Below, in pieces: positions 27,885 through 39,126 of a DNA stretch of 64,000 nt. Source of the stretch: Acidimicrobiia bacterium (GTDB lineage: Bacteria > Actinomycetota > Acidimicrobiia > Spongiisociales > JAENVV01); assembly GCA_041628225.1 (NCBI GenBank), contig JBFKPQ010000002.1, forward strand, positions 824 through 64,823. The letters run 5' to 3'. Both the position numbers and the translations under genes were made by a program. Numbering within the stretch: position 1 is the stretch's first letter; each line of letters opens with the position of its first letter. The notes beneath the pieces are model-generated. The model was not told where the DNA came from and did no database searches. It was given only the letters and a program-made list of their open reading frames with translations.

Positions 27885-27888
<4 letters not shown>
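27286..27888 (-). CDS. leuD: 3-isopropylmalate dehydratase small subunit
   Basis: [28 protein letters not shown]... (200 aa). Start overlaps the leuC stop (ATGA). Confidence 0.9.
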
Positions 27889-29291
<1,403 letters not shown>

Positions 29292-29365
29292 GGGTGTCTC
29301 CGTGTGAGCGATAGAGCGTAGCCAGGCGCCGCCGGAGGGGAAACACCGCATGGGAGAATCGTCCG

Positions 29366-29941
29366 ATGGACGATCGGCGATTGGCAATACGTCTCGAGTG
29401 GGCGACGATCTGGTGGAACCTCGGCGAGGCGGTCGTCACGGTGACGCTGGGGCTGATGGCACGTTCGATCGCCCTGGTGGCGTTCGGCGCGGATTCGCTC
29501 ATCGAGGTGTTCGCATCGGGGGTGGTGGTGTGGCACGAGGAGCACGAGGGCGATCGGTCGGCTGATCGCACCCGTCTGGCCCATCGGTTGATCGGTGTGG
29601 CATTCGTGCTGCTGGCGGTGGCGCTGCTGGCGTCGGCGACGCGCCGTTTCGCCACCGGCGAGGCCCCCGATCCATCGCCATGGGGCATCGCCTATACGGC
29701 GCTCGCCGCCGTGGTGATGTTCGGCCTGGCGATCTGGAAACGTCGCGTGGCGCGCCGCCTCGACTCGTCGCCGCTGGCCGCCGAAGCCGACGTCACCTTC
29801 CTCGACGGTGTCCTCGCCTCGAGCATCCTGGTCGCACTCATCCTCACGGCCTGGCGAGGCTGGTGGTGGGTCGATCCGGCGGCGGCACTCGTCGTGGCGG
29901 GATTCGCCGTACGAGAGGGGGTCGAGAACCTCCGCTGGTAG
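29366..29941 (+). CDS. cation-efflux (CDF-like) transmembrane-domain-only membrane protein
   Basis: Six hydrophobic helices with Glu/Asp/His-containing helices ([22 protein letters not shown]). No cytoplasmic CTD. Confidence 0.5.
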   Translation: MDDRRLAIRLEWATIWWNLGEAVVTVTLGLMARSIALVAFGADSLIEVFASGVVVWHEEHEGDRSADRTRLAHRLIGVAFVLLAVALLASATRRFATGEAPDPSPWGIAYTALAAVVMFGLAIWKRRVARRLDSSPLAAEADVTFLDGVLASSILVALILTAWRGWWWVDPAAALVVAGFAVREGVENLRW

Positions 29942-29950
29942 GGTCGCCGC

Positions 29951-30346
29951 ATGCTGACCGACCAAGCCATCGCTCTCGCCCGGGGAGCCAACTACGCCGT
30001 GCTGTCAACCCATCTGCCGAGCGGCGCCATCCAGTCGCACGTCATGTGGATCGGCACCGACGGTGAGCATCTGCTGATCAACACGGAGATCCACCGGCAG
30101 AAGGTTCGCAACGTCGAACGCGACGCGGTCGCAACCGTCACCGTGCTCGACAGGGACAATCCGTTTCAGTATTCCGAAGTGCGCGGAGAGATCGTGGAGG
30201 TCGTCCGCGGTGCCGAAGCCCGCGCACACATCGATGCCCTCTCCAACAAGTATGTCGGCCGGGACTACGCCAATCCGATCCACTCGGAGCGCGTCATCCT
30301 CAAGTTGCGTCCGACGAGGGTGCGGGATGTGACCGTCACGGCCTGA
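29951..30346 (+). CDS. pyridoxamine 5'-phosphate oxidase-family / PPOX class F420-dependent protein
   Basis: LARGANYAVLSTHLPSGAIQSHVMW...LLINTE...RNVERDAVATVTVLD pattern. Confidence 0.7.
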   Translation: MLTDQAIALARGANYAVLSTHLPSGAIQSHVMWIGTDGEHLLINTEIHRQKVRNVERDAVATVTVLDRDNPFQYSEVRGEIVEVVRGAEARAHIDALSNKYVGRDYANPIHSERVILKLRPTRVRDVTVTA

Positions 30347-30351
30347 TCGGA

Positions 30352-30765
30352 TCAGCGGTCTCCGGTCAGTTCGCTGATCTCGAACAGGTGTCCGTCCGGG
30401 TCCCCGAAGAACGCCCGGATCTCGAAGCCGTGGTCGACCGGTTCCGTCAGGAACGCCGCCCCGCGTTCTCGCAGCACGTCGTACGTCGACCGGCAGTCGT
30501 CGACTCTGATGGTGAAGGCGTGATCGACCCGATCCGGATCGGCCGGCTCCGCAAAAGTGACGGTGGGCTTGTCGGGGGTGGGGCCACCGCCCGTGACCAG
30601 CAGGAGCCAGGTCCCGGCGAATCGCAACACCACCGACGTTCCCCCGTACTCGCCGTGGAGATCGGCGCCGAGCACGTCGAGGTACCAGGTTTTGGCGACG
30701 GCCAGGTCGGAGACGACGAGGATCGTCGTGATCTCGGTATCGGGCTTCGGGAAGGCGGCCACCAT
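30352..30765 (-). CDS. VOC/glyoxalase-family protein
   Basis: Glyoxalase-like beta-alpha-beta-beta-beta modules (ILVVSDLAVAKTWYLDVLGA...EIRAFFGDPDGHLFEI). Confidence 0.65.
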   Translation of the reverse strand: MVAAFPKPDTEITTILVVSDLAVAKTWYLDVLGADLHGEYGGTSVVLRFAGTWLLLVTGGGPTPDKPTVTFAEPADPDRVDHAFTIRVDDCRSTYDVLRERGAAFLTEPVDHGFEIRAFFGDPDGHLFEISELTGDR

Positions 30766-30772
30766 CCCGAAC

Positions 30773-31708
30773 CTACACGGGCTCTCTGGCTCCGATCGGT
30801 AGGCGTTGGCGGAAGAGCCCATCCGGGATGGGAGCGCCCGAGCGGATGAGGGCGAGCTTCCAGGTCGGGGACGAGCCCATCGCCCAGCGAAGGAAGCCGA
30901 CCGCGGTTCTGCCCCGAAGTCGTGCTCCCGGCAGTGCGCGCACCTCGAGGATTTCGGCGAGGCGGCTTGGGAGCGTGGCGGCGGCGGCGTCGAACAGCGC
31001 CAAGTAGCCCGCCTTCAGAGGGGGGTCCAGAGGCGGATTCTTGAGGAACTGCACGGTCTCGACCATGCCGGGTGAGCGGTCGAGTGCCGGGTGGTCGGCC
31101 ACCCAGTCGGCGAGGCCGCGGGCCGTGGCAGGAAGGGGCTCGGCGTCGAGCATGGCTCCCACCTGGGTCTGCTCGGCGACGTAGGCGTCGCGCTCCGCGG
31201 TGGTCAGCTCATCACGGCCGTAGGCGACGTAGGCGGCGAGGAACGAGTCGATGAGTGCGTTGTGGACCCAGGCAGCGTGCTCGGGTTTTGCGGCGGAATA
31301 GCGGATTCCGCGATGTGACACGCCGCTCACGCCTTCATGGGCCCGTCGTACGGCGCCGACCGCCCATTCGACTTCCGGCATCGCTCCGAACGCCGTCGCC
31401 GTCACGTACTGGCTCGTACGCGACAAGCGGCCGAGCGGATCCTCACGGTACGAGGAATGATCGGATACGCCTGCGACGACCTCGGGATGGGCGGCTTGGA
31501 CGAGGAGCGCCCGAATCCCGCCCACGAAGCCCGACACGTCGCCGATGATGCGCCACGTCACCGAGCCGGGACCGAAGAGGCCCGGGTCGCCGTCGTAGTC
31601 CATCGTCCGGGCGAGCGCGTAGTCGGCATGGGCGAACGGAGATGCGGCGACCGCCACGATCCGGTCGCGGTATGCGTCGATGAGTTGGCGGGCGGAGTCG
31701 AGCATCAC
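30773..31708 (-). CDS. DUF2236 (MpaB/oxygenase-like) family protein
   Basis: GPGSVTWRIIGDVSGFVGGIRALLVQAAHPEVVAGV...AAWVHNALIDSFLAAY. Confidence 0.65.
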   Translation of the reverse strand: MMLDSARQLIDAYRDRIVAVAASPFAHADYALARTMDYDGDPGLFGPGSVTWRIIGDVSGFVGGIRALLVQAAHPEVVAGVSDHSSYREDPLGRLSRTSQYVTATAFGAMPEVEWAVGAVRRAHEGVSGVSHRGIRYSAAKPEHAAWVHNALIDSFLAAYVAYGRDELTTAERDAYVAEQTQVGAMLDAEPLPATARGLADWVADHPALDRSPGMVETVQFLKNPPLDPPLKAGYLALFDAAAATLPSRLAEILEVRALPGARLRGRTAVGFLRWAMGSSPTWKLALIRSGAPIPDGLFRQRLPIGAREPV

Positions 31709-31813
31709 AACCAGTCTCGCAGTGTGCCTCTGTTGTACGGCGTGAACTGGTCGCCCGGATCATCGACACGCGCAGTGGTTGCGTGGGTACTGTGGGGGGC
31801 AGGAGGAGGACCT

Positions 31814-33145
31814 ATGAAGAGATGGATGACGGTGCTCGTCGCCTCGCTGACCGTGTTCGCGTTGACACCGGGGGCGCTGGCCGAGCCCAAACCGAAGTAT
31901 TACGTGAACGAAGCGGCGCTCGAGGCGTTCGAGCCCCTGCCGGGAGCGACGGGCATGACCGGCATCCTGAACGGGGCCGGCTACTTGGTCGAAGTGCCGG
32001 ACGACTGGAACGGCGACCTCGTCATGTGGGCCCACGGCTATGCCGGAGAAGGTCTCGAGCTGAACGTCTCGCCACCGCCTGCCGGACTGCGCCAGTACCT
32101 CGTCGACCAGGGCTTCGCGTGGGCCGCGTCGTCCTATTCGAAGAACAGCTACAACGTGTCGCAAGGCGTGAAAGACACCCACAGCCTGGCCACGTGGTTC
32201 CGGGGTCACGTCGACAAGCCCGACCGCACCTACATCGCCGGGGTCTCGATGGGCGGCCACATCACCGCCGTGTCGATCGAGCAGTATCCGATGTACAACG
32301 CGGCCATGCCGGTCTGCGGTGTGCTCGGCGACTTCGAACTGTTCGACTACTTCCTCGACTTCAACCTCGCTGCCCAGGCGTTGGGCGGCGTCGACTCCGA
32401 GTACCCGATCTTCACCGTCGAGCCGTACCTGACGGAGACCGTTCCCCAGATCCAAGCCAACCTCGAAGCCTTCCCCGGCGGCTGGCCGATCTTCTTGAAC
32501 GCCGACGGAACCAACCTCAAGAACCTGACGGAGCTGCGGTCCGGCGGTGACCGTCCGAACTTCGATGAGGCGTGGTTCTTCTGGAACGAGTTCGCGTCAT
32601 TCGCAGGACCACCCGGCGACTTCTTGTTCGATCTCGGCCTGGGCGATGGAACGCTGGCCGGACGTCCTGGCCAGGTGCCCGACAACCACGACACCGTGTA
32701 CCAGTTCGACGGCGATTCGGCGCTGTCGGCCGACGAGCAGGCGCTCAACGACTCGATCCTGCGTGTCTCCGCTGATCGACAGTCCCGCCACTCCAACGGT
32801 CTGGCGAACGTCCCGGTCGTTTCGGGCGACATCGACATTCCGGTGCTGACGATGCACAACCTCGGCGATCTCTTCGTGCCGTTCGGCATGGAGACGATCT
32901 ACGGCCAACGCGTCGCCGACCATGGCAAGAGCGACCTGCTCGTGCAACGCGCCATCCGCGGGGTGTTGCACTGCGACTTCACGGATGCGGAATACACCAC
33001 GGCGTTCGCTGACCTCGTCGCCTGGGTGGAGATGGGAACCAAGCCCGACGGTGACGACGTCCTGGATCCGGCCGCGGTCGCGCACCCCGAGTTCGGTTGC
33101 GCGTTCACCGACGGCGCACACCTGCTCGGCACTCCCTGTCCGTAG
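31814..33145 (+). CDS. secreted alpha/beta hydrolase (GxSxG esterase/lipase-like)
   Basis: Perfect RBS AGGAGGAGGA. Signal peptide MKRWMTVLVASLTVFALTPGALA. GVSMGGHIT nucleophile elbow. Confidence 0.7.
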   Translation: MKRWMTVLVASLTVFALTPGALAEPKPKYYVNEAALEAFEPLPGATGMTGILNGAGYLVEVPDDWNGDLVMWAHGYAGEGLELNVSPPPAGLRQYLVDQGFAWAASSYSKNSYNVSQGVKDTHSLATWFRGHVDKPDRTYIAGVSMGGHITAVSIEQYPMYNAAMPVCGVLGDFELFDYFLDFNLAAQALGGVDSEYPIFTVEPYLTETVPQIQANLEAFPGGWPIFLNADGTNLKNLTELRSGGDRPNFDEAWFFWNEFASFAGPPGDFLFDLGLGDGTLAGRPGQVPDNHDTVYQFDGDSALSADEQALNDSILRVSADRQSRHSNGLANVPVVSGDIDIPVLTMHNLGDLFVPFGMETIYGQRVADHGKSDLLVQRAIRGVLHCDFTDAEYTTAFADLVAWVEMGTKPDGDDVLDPAAVAHPEFGCAFTDGAHLLGTPCP

Positions 33146-33168
33146 TCGGGGCAGCCGGCAAACGAACG

Positions 33169-33195
33169 GTGGGGCCCCGGAATCCGGGGCCCCAC
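33169..33195. terminator. perfect 12-bp GC hairpin GTGGGGCCCCGG-aat-CCGGGGCCCCAC between convergent genes
   Basis: Lies between the hydrolase stop (33145) and the cupredoxin gene end (33222). Confidence 0.5.
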
Positions 33196-33221
33196 GGCCG
33201 TCTGCGGGAGAAGGGGGGAAA

Positions 33222-33815
33222 CTACCCGCCGACGGTGAGTTCGGCCAGCATGCCCGCCTCGTAGTGTCCGGGGAGGAGACATGCCACGACGTCGAACGCG
33301 CCGGCTTCTTCGAACGCCACGGTGATCTCACCGGTTTCGCCCGGTTCGACGATGAGGATGAGCTCTTCATGGCCGTGGCCGCCCTCGTCGTCGTGATCGT
33401 CGTGACCCGACTCGATGTGCTCGGCAGCCGAGTGCTTGGTAGTGATCCGGAACTCGTGCTGGATCACACCCTCGTTGTGCACCACGAAGAGGATCGTCTC
33501 GCCGGCGGTCGCCTCGAACTCGGCCGGCTCAAAGGCGAACTCGGTCATGACGACTTCCACGACGCGGTCGGCATCGCTGTCCGAAACGGTCGCACCGTCG
33601 TCCATGTGCTCGTCCTCTTCCATGTGCTCGTCGTCGTCCATATGCATGGTCGTGGCCGGCGTCGTGGTGGCCGTAGTGGTGGCGGGCGCGGCTGCGAGCG
33701 TGGTCGCCGCCGGCTGTGCACCGGCATCGGACTCTGCATCGGCGATCGGCGCGGTCTCAGCGCAGGCGGCCAATCCGAGGATGAGAGCGAAGAGTAGAAC
33801 GGTCGGTTTCGTCAT
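33222..33815 (-). CDS. cupredoxin-like copper-binding lipoprotein with Met/His/Asp-rich metal-binding segment
   Basis: Lipobox LILGLAAC. MHMDDDEHMEEDEHMDD and HDDHDDEGGHGHEE segments. C-terminal cupredoxin site CLLPGHYEAGM. Confidence 0.7.
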   Translation of the reverse strand: MTKPTVLLFALILGLAACAETAPIADAESDAGAQPAATTLAAAPATTTATTTPATTMHMDDDEHMEEDEHMDDGATVSDSDADRVVEVVMTEFAFEPAEFEATAGETILFVVHNEGVIQHEFRITTKHSAAEHIESGHDDHDDEGGHGHEELILIVEPGETGEITVAFEEAGAFDVVACLLPGHYEAGMLAELTVGG

Positions 33816-33959
33816 CGTTGTCCTCTCGTGGCGACGAGGCGATACGTGAAGCGTAGGGATCGGGTTCGGAGCGCAACCACCGCCTTCCGTCCTTGTCTCG
33901 GGGGCCGGAAGGCCCTGACCGCCTGCATATCGTCATCGGGCCGGGTACCATCTTCGGCA

Positions 33960-34486
33960 TGCACTGGCTCATGTCACTGCTGCTGGCGTCCGTGACGCTC
34001 GGCGCGGGATTCGGCGACGCATCCGCTTCGGCCACCCCAGCAGACGACGGGACGATGACGCTGGATCTCCAGGTCGAGGTCGGCGATGCCGCCACCGTCG
34101 TCGCCCACTTGCTCGACGTGGGTGGCGACCAGCAGACCGTCACGCTCGGCTCCGACGATGACGGTACGTATCGAGGTCGCGTCGTCACCGAGCGGGCCAA
34201 CTTCATCGTTGTGTTCGAAGCGCTGTACGCCGACGGAACCGGCCGGGCATCGTCACCTGCCAACCTCCTCGAATTGGGCGTCGACCCCGAGATGCTCGGG
34301 CTGGAGCCGCCACCGCTGCCCGACGATGAGATCACGGGGTTCTCGGCGGCCACCACCCGGTGGATCTGGATCGCGATCGCTTTGACGGCTCTGTCGCTCG
34401 CGCTCACGGCGCTCTGGGCCGCCGGACCCAAGCCCGCCGCCAAGGCGCGAACGGCGACCCCGCGCCAGGATCAGGAGGTCCGGTGA
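33960..34486 (+). CDS. hypothetical secreted protein with C-terminal membrane anchor
   Basis: MHWLMSLLLASVTLGAG signal and a C-terminal hydrophobic WIWIAIALTALSLALTALWAAG. The start could be 33893. Confidence 0.45.
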
Positions 34487-35376
34487 CGGCGAGCCGGGTC
34501 GGCTTCATCGGACTCGGCATCATGGGCGGCGGGATGGCCCGCAACCTCCTCGAAGCCGGACACGAAACCGTCGTCTGGAACCGCACCGCGGAGCGTGCCG
34601 GACCCTTGCTCGACGCCGGAGCGACCTGGGGCGACTCACCGCAGGCCGTCGCCGAACGCTGCGACATCATCATGATCTGTGTTTCCGACACGGCGGACGT
34701 GGTTGCCGTCACCACTGGTCCGGCCGGCGTCCTCGAAGGGCTGGCGCCGGGCAAACTGGTCATCGATCACTCGACGATTTCGCCGTCCGAGACGATTCGC
34801 CTCGCCAAACTCGTCAACGAACGCGGCGTCGACTGGCTCGACGCTCCCGTATCGGGAGGCAGTGAAGGAGCCGCCAGAGGAACGCTGTCGATCATGGTCG
34901 GAGGCGATGCGGAGCCATTCGACCGAGCTCGACCGTACCTCGAGGCGTTCGGCACCACCATCACGCACGTCGGGGCCCAGGGTGCCGGGCAGCTCGTCAA
35001 GCTCGTGAACCAGATTCTCGTCGTCGTCAACCAGCTGGCGGTCTCCGAAGCCCTGCTCTTCGCGCAGGCGGGCGGTCTGGATCTTCCCAAGGCCCTCGAG
35101 GCGGTCAAAGGTGGCGCAGCCGGCTCGTGGATGCTCGCCAATCGAGGCCCGCAGATGATCGAGCGCGACTGGCAGCCGGGGTTCACGATCGACCTACAAC
35201 AGAAGGACCTGCGCCTCGTCTTGGAGGCCGCCGACGACCTCGGCGTACCGGCGATCGGAACCGGGATCGTGTACCAGCTGTACCGGGCCCTTCAGGCCAA
35301 AGGGCTCGGCGCCGAAGGCAACCACGCCCTCGTCAAGGCCCTCGAAGATCTGGCGGGCTTCCACCTCGGCGAGTGA
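34483..35376 (+). CDS. NAD-binding 3-hydroxyisobutyrate/2-hydroxy-3-oxopropionate reductase family dehydrogenase
   Basis: GFIGLGIMGGGMARNL...6-PGDH-like fold. GTG overlaps the upstream stop (GTGA). Confidence 0.85.
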   Translation: MTASRVGFIGLGIMGGGMARNLLEAGHETVVWNRTAERAGPLLDAGATWGDSPQAVAERCDIIMICVSDTADVVAVTTGPAGVLEGLAPGKLVIDHSTISPSETIRLAKLVNERGVDWLDAPVSGGSEGAARGTLSIMVGGDAEPFDRARPYLEAFGTTITHVGAQGAGQLVKLVNQILVVVNQLAVSEALLFAQAGGLDLPKALEAVKGGAAGSWMLANRGPQMIERDWQPGFTIDLQQKDLRLVLEAADDLGVPAIGTGIVYQLYRALQAKGLGAEGNHALVKALEDLAGFHLGE

Positions 35377-35395
35377 GGCTCCGTAGGATGCGCTC

Positions 35396-35848
35396 ATGAG
35401 CGATCGCGTCCGCCGTTATGCCGAGGCCATGGCCGCACTCGACTCCGCCGCGCTCGCAGAGATGCGCCATGGAGACTACGAGTGCAGCTATCCCCAGTCG
35501 GGGGAACGCTTCGTTGGTCACGACGCATGGGCAGCCGCCCACGATGGCTACGCCGAACGCTTCGGATCGGTGGACACCGTCGTCACCACGCGAGGCGGCG
35601 AGCAACACGCCACGGTGAGCACGGTGTTGTCGCCGATCCCCTTTGCGTCGACGCCCATCATCGAGGTCTCCGACACCGGAGACCTCGGGGTCGTCGAGGG
35701 CCGGGGCACCTGGCCCGACGGCAAGCTGTACCACTGGGTCTTGATCTGCGAATACCGCGACGGTTTGGTGTGGCGTGAAGCGCAGTATTTCGCGGAACCG
35801 TTCGATGCCCCCGAGTGGCGGCGTCCGTTCGTCACGCCTGCCGACTAG
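35396..35848 (+). CDS. NTF2/SnoaL-like fold protein
   Basis: Size and pattern only (150 aa, ..HWVLICEYRDGLVWREAQYF..). Low specificity. Confidence 0.5.
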   Translation: MSDRVRRYAEAMAALDSAALAEMRHGDYECSYPQSGERFVGHDAWAAAHDGYAERFGSVDTVVTTRGGEQHATVSTVLSPIPFASTPIIEVSDTGDLGVVEGRGTWPDGKLYHWVLICEYRDGLVWREAQYFAEPFDAPEWRRPFVTPAD

Positions 35849-37088
35849 GGCGGCGACCAATGGCGTCGGAGGCGGCACGGGTTCGGCGCGCCAGACCGAT
35901 GAACGGCAATGCGGCGGCCATGACGAGGCCGCTCGCCACATAGGCGGCCGAGTACGACCAGACATCGGCGGCTCGTCCGAGCGAGGGCTGTGAGATGACA
36001 CCTCCGGTCGAACCCATCAGCGCATCGAACGACAGCACGGTGGCGCGCTGTTGCGATGGGACGATGCCGTTGAGGAACGACTGCCGAACCGGTGTGCTCG
36101 CCGAGAATCCCAGCGCCCACAGCGAGATCAGCACCAACGCCGGCCAGAAGCTCGACACCAGCCCCAAGCCGACGAGGACCAACACGCTGAGGCCGGTGGC
36201 CGCGACCAGCACGTCGGTTCGGCGCCGAAACACCCGACCCACCTGTGAGACGAGCAGCCCACCGACGATCTGTGCCCCGGCGACGATCGCCGCAGCCAAA
36301 CCGGCGATGCCGAAGGCGTTCGGGTCGCCGTACAGCTCGAGCAGATACGGCTGCATGGCATAGAACGCGAAGATGCCGGCGCCCGTCGTGAACGGTGCGG
36401 CGAGCATGAGCCACCGGACCGGCCGAAGCCGCCAGCCGTGTTCGACGGAGGCCGAGACCACGTCTCGGATCTCATCGAAAGCGCCGCCGCCGCGGTGCGG
36501 CGTGAAGCCCTCATCCCGCATCGACTTGGCCGCATAGACGAGTACGGCTCCCAGCAAGACCGCTCGCACCAGATAGGGCACGCCGAGGTTCGTCGCTTGC
36601 GCCAGCGCTCCGCCGGCAACGGACCCGGTCAGCATCGCGATGCCGGCCGCCGACTGTCCCCGGCCGAACACCGTCTCTAGTTCGCCGTCGTAGTCGTTGG
36701 CGGCCAGCGCGTCCACCAGCCACGCCTCGACGGCCCCACTGAAGAAGGTGAAGCCCAGTCCGATCAGGATCGAGGCGGACGCCCACCCCCACAAGGGGGC
36801 TTCGATCTGCCACATCAAGACGTACAGGAGCGTCGAGACCAGGAGCGTGGCAGAACCGAGGAGGTACGACGTCCGTCGCCCCTTCGTGTCGGCCACGACG
36901 CCGGTGGGGATCTCGAAGAGCATCTGGCCGGCCGTGAAGAAGGCGTTGACGCCGAAGGCGGCCGCGTTCGACAGACCGGCGTCGAGCAGGAACAGCGTAT
37001 TGATGCCCCAGATCAGCGAAGCGGCCAACGTCGACAGGACGGTGAGCGTCACATACGTCCGACGCACTCGCCGGACTCCGTCGTTCAT
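35832..37088 (-). CDS. MFS transporter
   Basis: 12-TM MFS pattern (GVVADTKGRRTSYLLG motif). Start at Met280 of the long ORF. Confidence 0.8.
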   Translation of the reverse strand: MNDGVRRVRRTYVTLTVLSTLAASLIWGINTLFLLDAGLSNAAAFGVNAFFTAGQMLFEIPTGVVADTKGRRTSYLLGSATLLVSTLLYVLMWQIEAPLWGWASASILIGLGFTFFSGAVEAWLVDALAANDYDGELETVFGRGQSAAGIAMLTGSVAGGALAQATNLGVPYLVRAVLLGAVLVYAAKSMRDEGFTPHRGGGAFDEIRDVVSASVEHGWRLRPVRWLMLAAPFTTGAGIFAFYAMQPYLLELYGDPNAFGIAGLAAAIVAGAQIVGGLLVSQVGRVFRRRTDVLVAATGLSVLVLVGLGLVSSFWPALVLISLWALGFSASTPVRQSFLNGIVPSQQRATVLSFDALMGSTGGVISQPSLGRAADVWSYSAAYVASGLVMAAALPFIGLARRTRAASDAIGRRPSRQA

Positions 37089-37172
37089 CGGCCGGACCCT
37101 AACCGCCCGTCGATGCGACGATCCTGTTCGCAACGGCCCGAGTCCATGGCGACCTGGCGGTAGCTTCGCCAC

Positions 37173-37763
37173 ATGAGTGACTTCTTCGACGTTCCGACCG
37201 TGGCGCCGGAACCGGAACGAGATCCCCCGCCTTGGGCCGAACCGCCACGCGATGTCGTGGCTGCGCTGGTCGCCGACCGTCGGGTCCTCATGGCGACAGA
37301 TCGTGTGTCGGTCACCCTGACCCACATCGATACCTATCCGACCGGCGCCGGCGTGCGTCTGCTGGTCATGGCGCGGCGGGTTCCGGACATGACCGAGGCG
37401 GACTGGCGGCGCAGCCAGGAAGTCGTATGGGGCCGGGCGGGCCCGCCGGCACCCGACGAGGTGTTCCGGGTCGGCGTGCAGTTCGCAGACGGTCAAAAGG
37501 CGACGAATCTCGATCAGGGTCATCATGCGTGGCCGGCGGATGAGCCCTCCGGCCCCCGCCTCACCGAATACGGCGGGGGCGGACGAGGTCACCGGGAGCT
37601 GATCGTGCACGGCCGCAACCTGTGGCTGTGGCCACTGCCGCCGCCCGAGCCGTTCGACCTCGTCATCGAGTGGCCCGCACTCGGGGTCCCGTTCACTCGG
37701 TCGAAACTCGACGGAGCCGCCATCGTGGCGGCCGCCGCCCGGTGCCGACCGGCGTGGAACTGA
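37173..37763 (+). CDS. hypothetical protein (196 aa, Pro-rich ends), family not recognised
   Basis: Clean ORF filling the gap between two MFS genes. No motif recognised. Confidence 0.45.
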   Translation: MSDFFDVPTVAPEPERDPPPWAEPPRDVVAALVADRRVLMATDRVSVTLTHIDTYPTGAGVRLLVMARRVPDMTEADWRRSQEVVWGRAGPPAPDEVFRVGVQFADGQKATNLDQGHHAWPADEPSGPRLTEYGGGGRGHRELIVHGRNLWLWPLPPPEPFDLVIEWPALGVPFTRSKLDGAAIVAAAARCRPAWN

Positions 37764-37764
37764 C

Positions 37765-39075
37765 CTAGACCGCGGCGCCGGCGCGGGCGTTCTCGAGCCG
37801 GTGGGTGGTGAAGGCCCGGATGCCGATGACGAACAACACGGCGTAGACGGCGGCCGCCACGAGGAAGGGGAGCCGCAGGGCGGTGATCCGGTCGGTGAAA
37901 GACTCGCCGCCCGAGACGATGACACCGGCGAGGACCGAGCCGATGGGCATCATGCCCCAGGCGAAGAAGCGGTATACCGAGTTCACCCGTCCCAGCAGGT
38001 GATCGGGAATGATCTCCTGTCGAAGCGACACGGTGATGACGTTCCACAACACAGCCACGAACGAGGTGACGGCGGCCATGGCGAAGACGACGCCCCAGCT
38101 CGACGTCAATCCGGTGACGGCGAGGCCGATCGCACTGACCGCCAGGACCGCCTGCAGAGACGTTCCCGATCCGATGCGCTTGGACACGCGCGATGCCAGC
38201 ACGCTGCCGGCCACGCCGCCGACCGCGCCCGACCACATGAGCACGCCGAAGCGAGCCGCATCGAGCCCGAGGACTTCCTGGACGAACAGCACATAGGTGG
38301 CGAACGACACCATGAGCAGTGCGTTCATGATGCCCAGGACGACGGCCAGCGTTCGCAGCAGACGGTGTTGCCACAGCCAGCGGACGCCTTCCTTGAGGTC
38401 CGCCCACCACGACGGTCGGGGGCCGGGCGCCTGTTCGGGTCGGAAGGCTCCGTGCAAGGAGATGATCAGGGCCCCGGCCACCGCGAAGGTCACGGCGTCG
38501 ACGAAGAAGGGCAGGGAGAAGGCCACCGCCAGGAGGAATCCACCGAGCGGCGGTCCGATGAAGCTGTTCGCCACCATTTCCCCGCCCCAGAGGCGTCCGT
38601 TGGCGCGCTCGAGCTGATCCTTCTCGACGACCGACGGCATGAGCGTCTGGGTTGCGTTGTCGGCGAGGACCTCGGCGACCCCGAATAGGAACGCGCCGAT
38701 GTACAGCATCGCGAGGAGCAGTCCGGCCGAGTCGGGGGCGGCTGCCGTTCCCGCCGCGAGGCCGTCCGGATCGGCGAGCGAACCCTGCACGGACCACACG
38801 ATCCCCCCCACGGCCAGAGTCAGCAGGAAACGGAACGCGTGCATGGATGCGACGAGCACCCGTCGGTCCATCCGGTCGGTGACGACGCCGGCCGGCAGCG
38901 TGAACAGCAGCCAGGGCAGCCGCGTGGCGACGAGGATGAGCGAGATCTGCAGCGGGTCGCGCGTGATGGCCGACGCCAGCCAGGGATAGGCGATCCCGGC
39001 GACGCCGTCCCCCAGGTTCGAGGTGACGTTGGCGGTGAAGAGGCGCCAATAGTTCGAGCCGAGCCGGGTGGTCAC
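37765..39075 (-). CDS. MFS transporter
   Basis: NYWRLFTANVTSNLGDGVAGIAYPWLA... 12 TM. GTG start chosen so as not to overlap the divergent GNAT. Confidence 0.75.
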   Translation of the reverse strand: MTTRLGSNYWRLFTANVTSNLGDGVAGIAYPWLASAITRDPLQISLILVATRLPWLLFTLPAGVVTDRMDRRVLVASMHAFRFLLTLAVGGIVWSVQGSLADPDGLAAGTAAAPDSAGLLLAMLYIGAFLFGVAEVLADNATQTLMPSVVEKDQLERANGRLWGGEMVANSFIGPPLGGFLLAVAFSLPFFVDAVTFAVAGALIISLHGAFRPEQAPGPRPSWWADLKEGVRWLWQHRLLRTLAVVLGIMNALLMVSFATYVLFVQEVLGLDAARFGVLMWSGAVGGVAGSVLASRVSKRIGSGTSLQAVLAVSAIGLAVTGLTSSWGVVFAMAAVTSFVAVLWNVITVSLRQEIIPDHLLGRVNSVYRFFAWGMMPIGSVLAGVIVSGGESFTDRITALRLPFLVAAAVYAVLFVIGIRAFTTHRLENARAGAAV

Positions 39076-39126
39076 CGGGCGAATACTGGCACGCGCGCCG
39101 CGGGTCGACTGGGTACCTTCACATGC

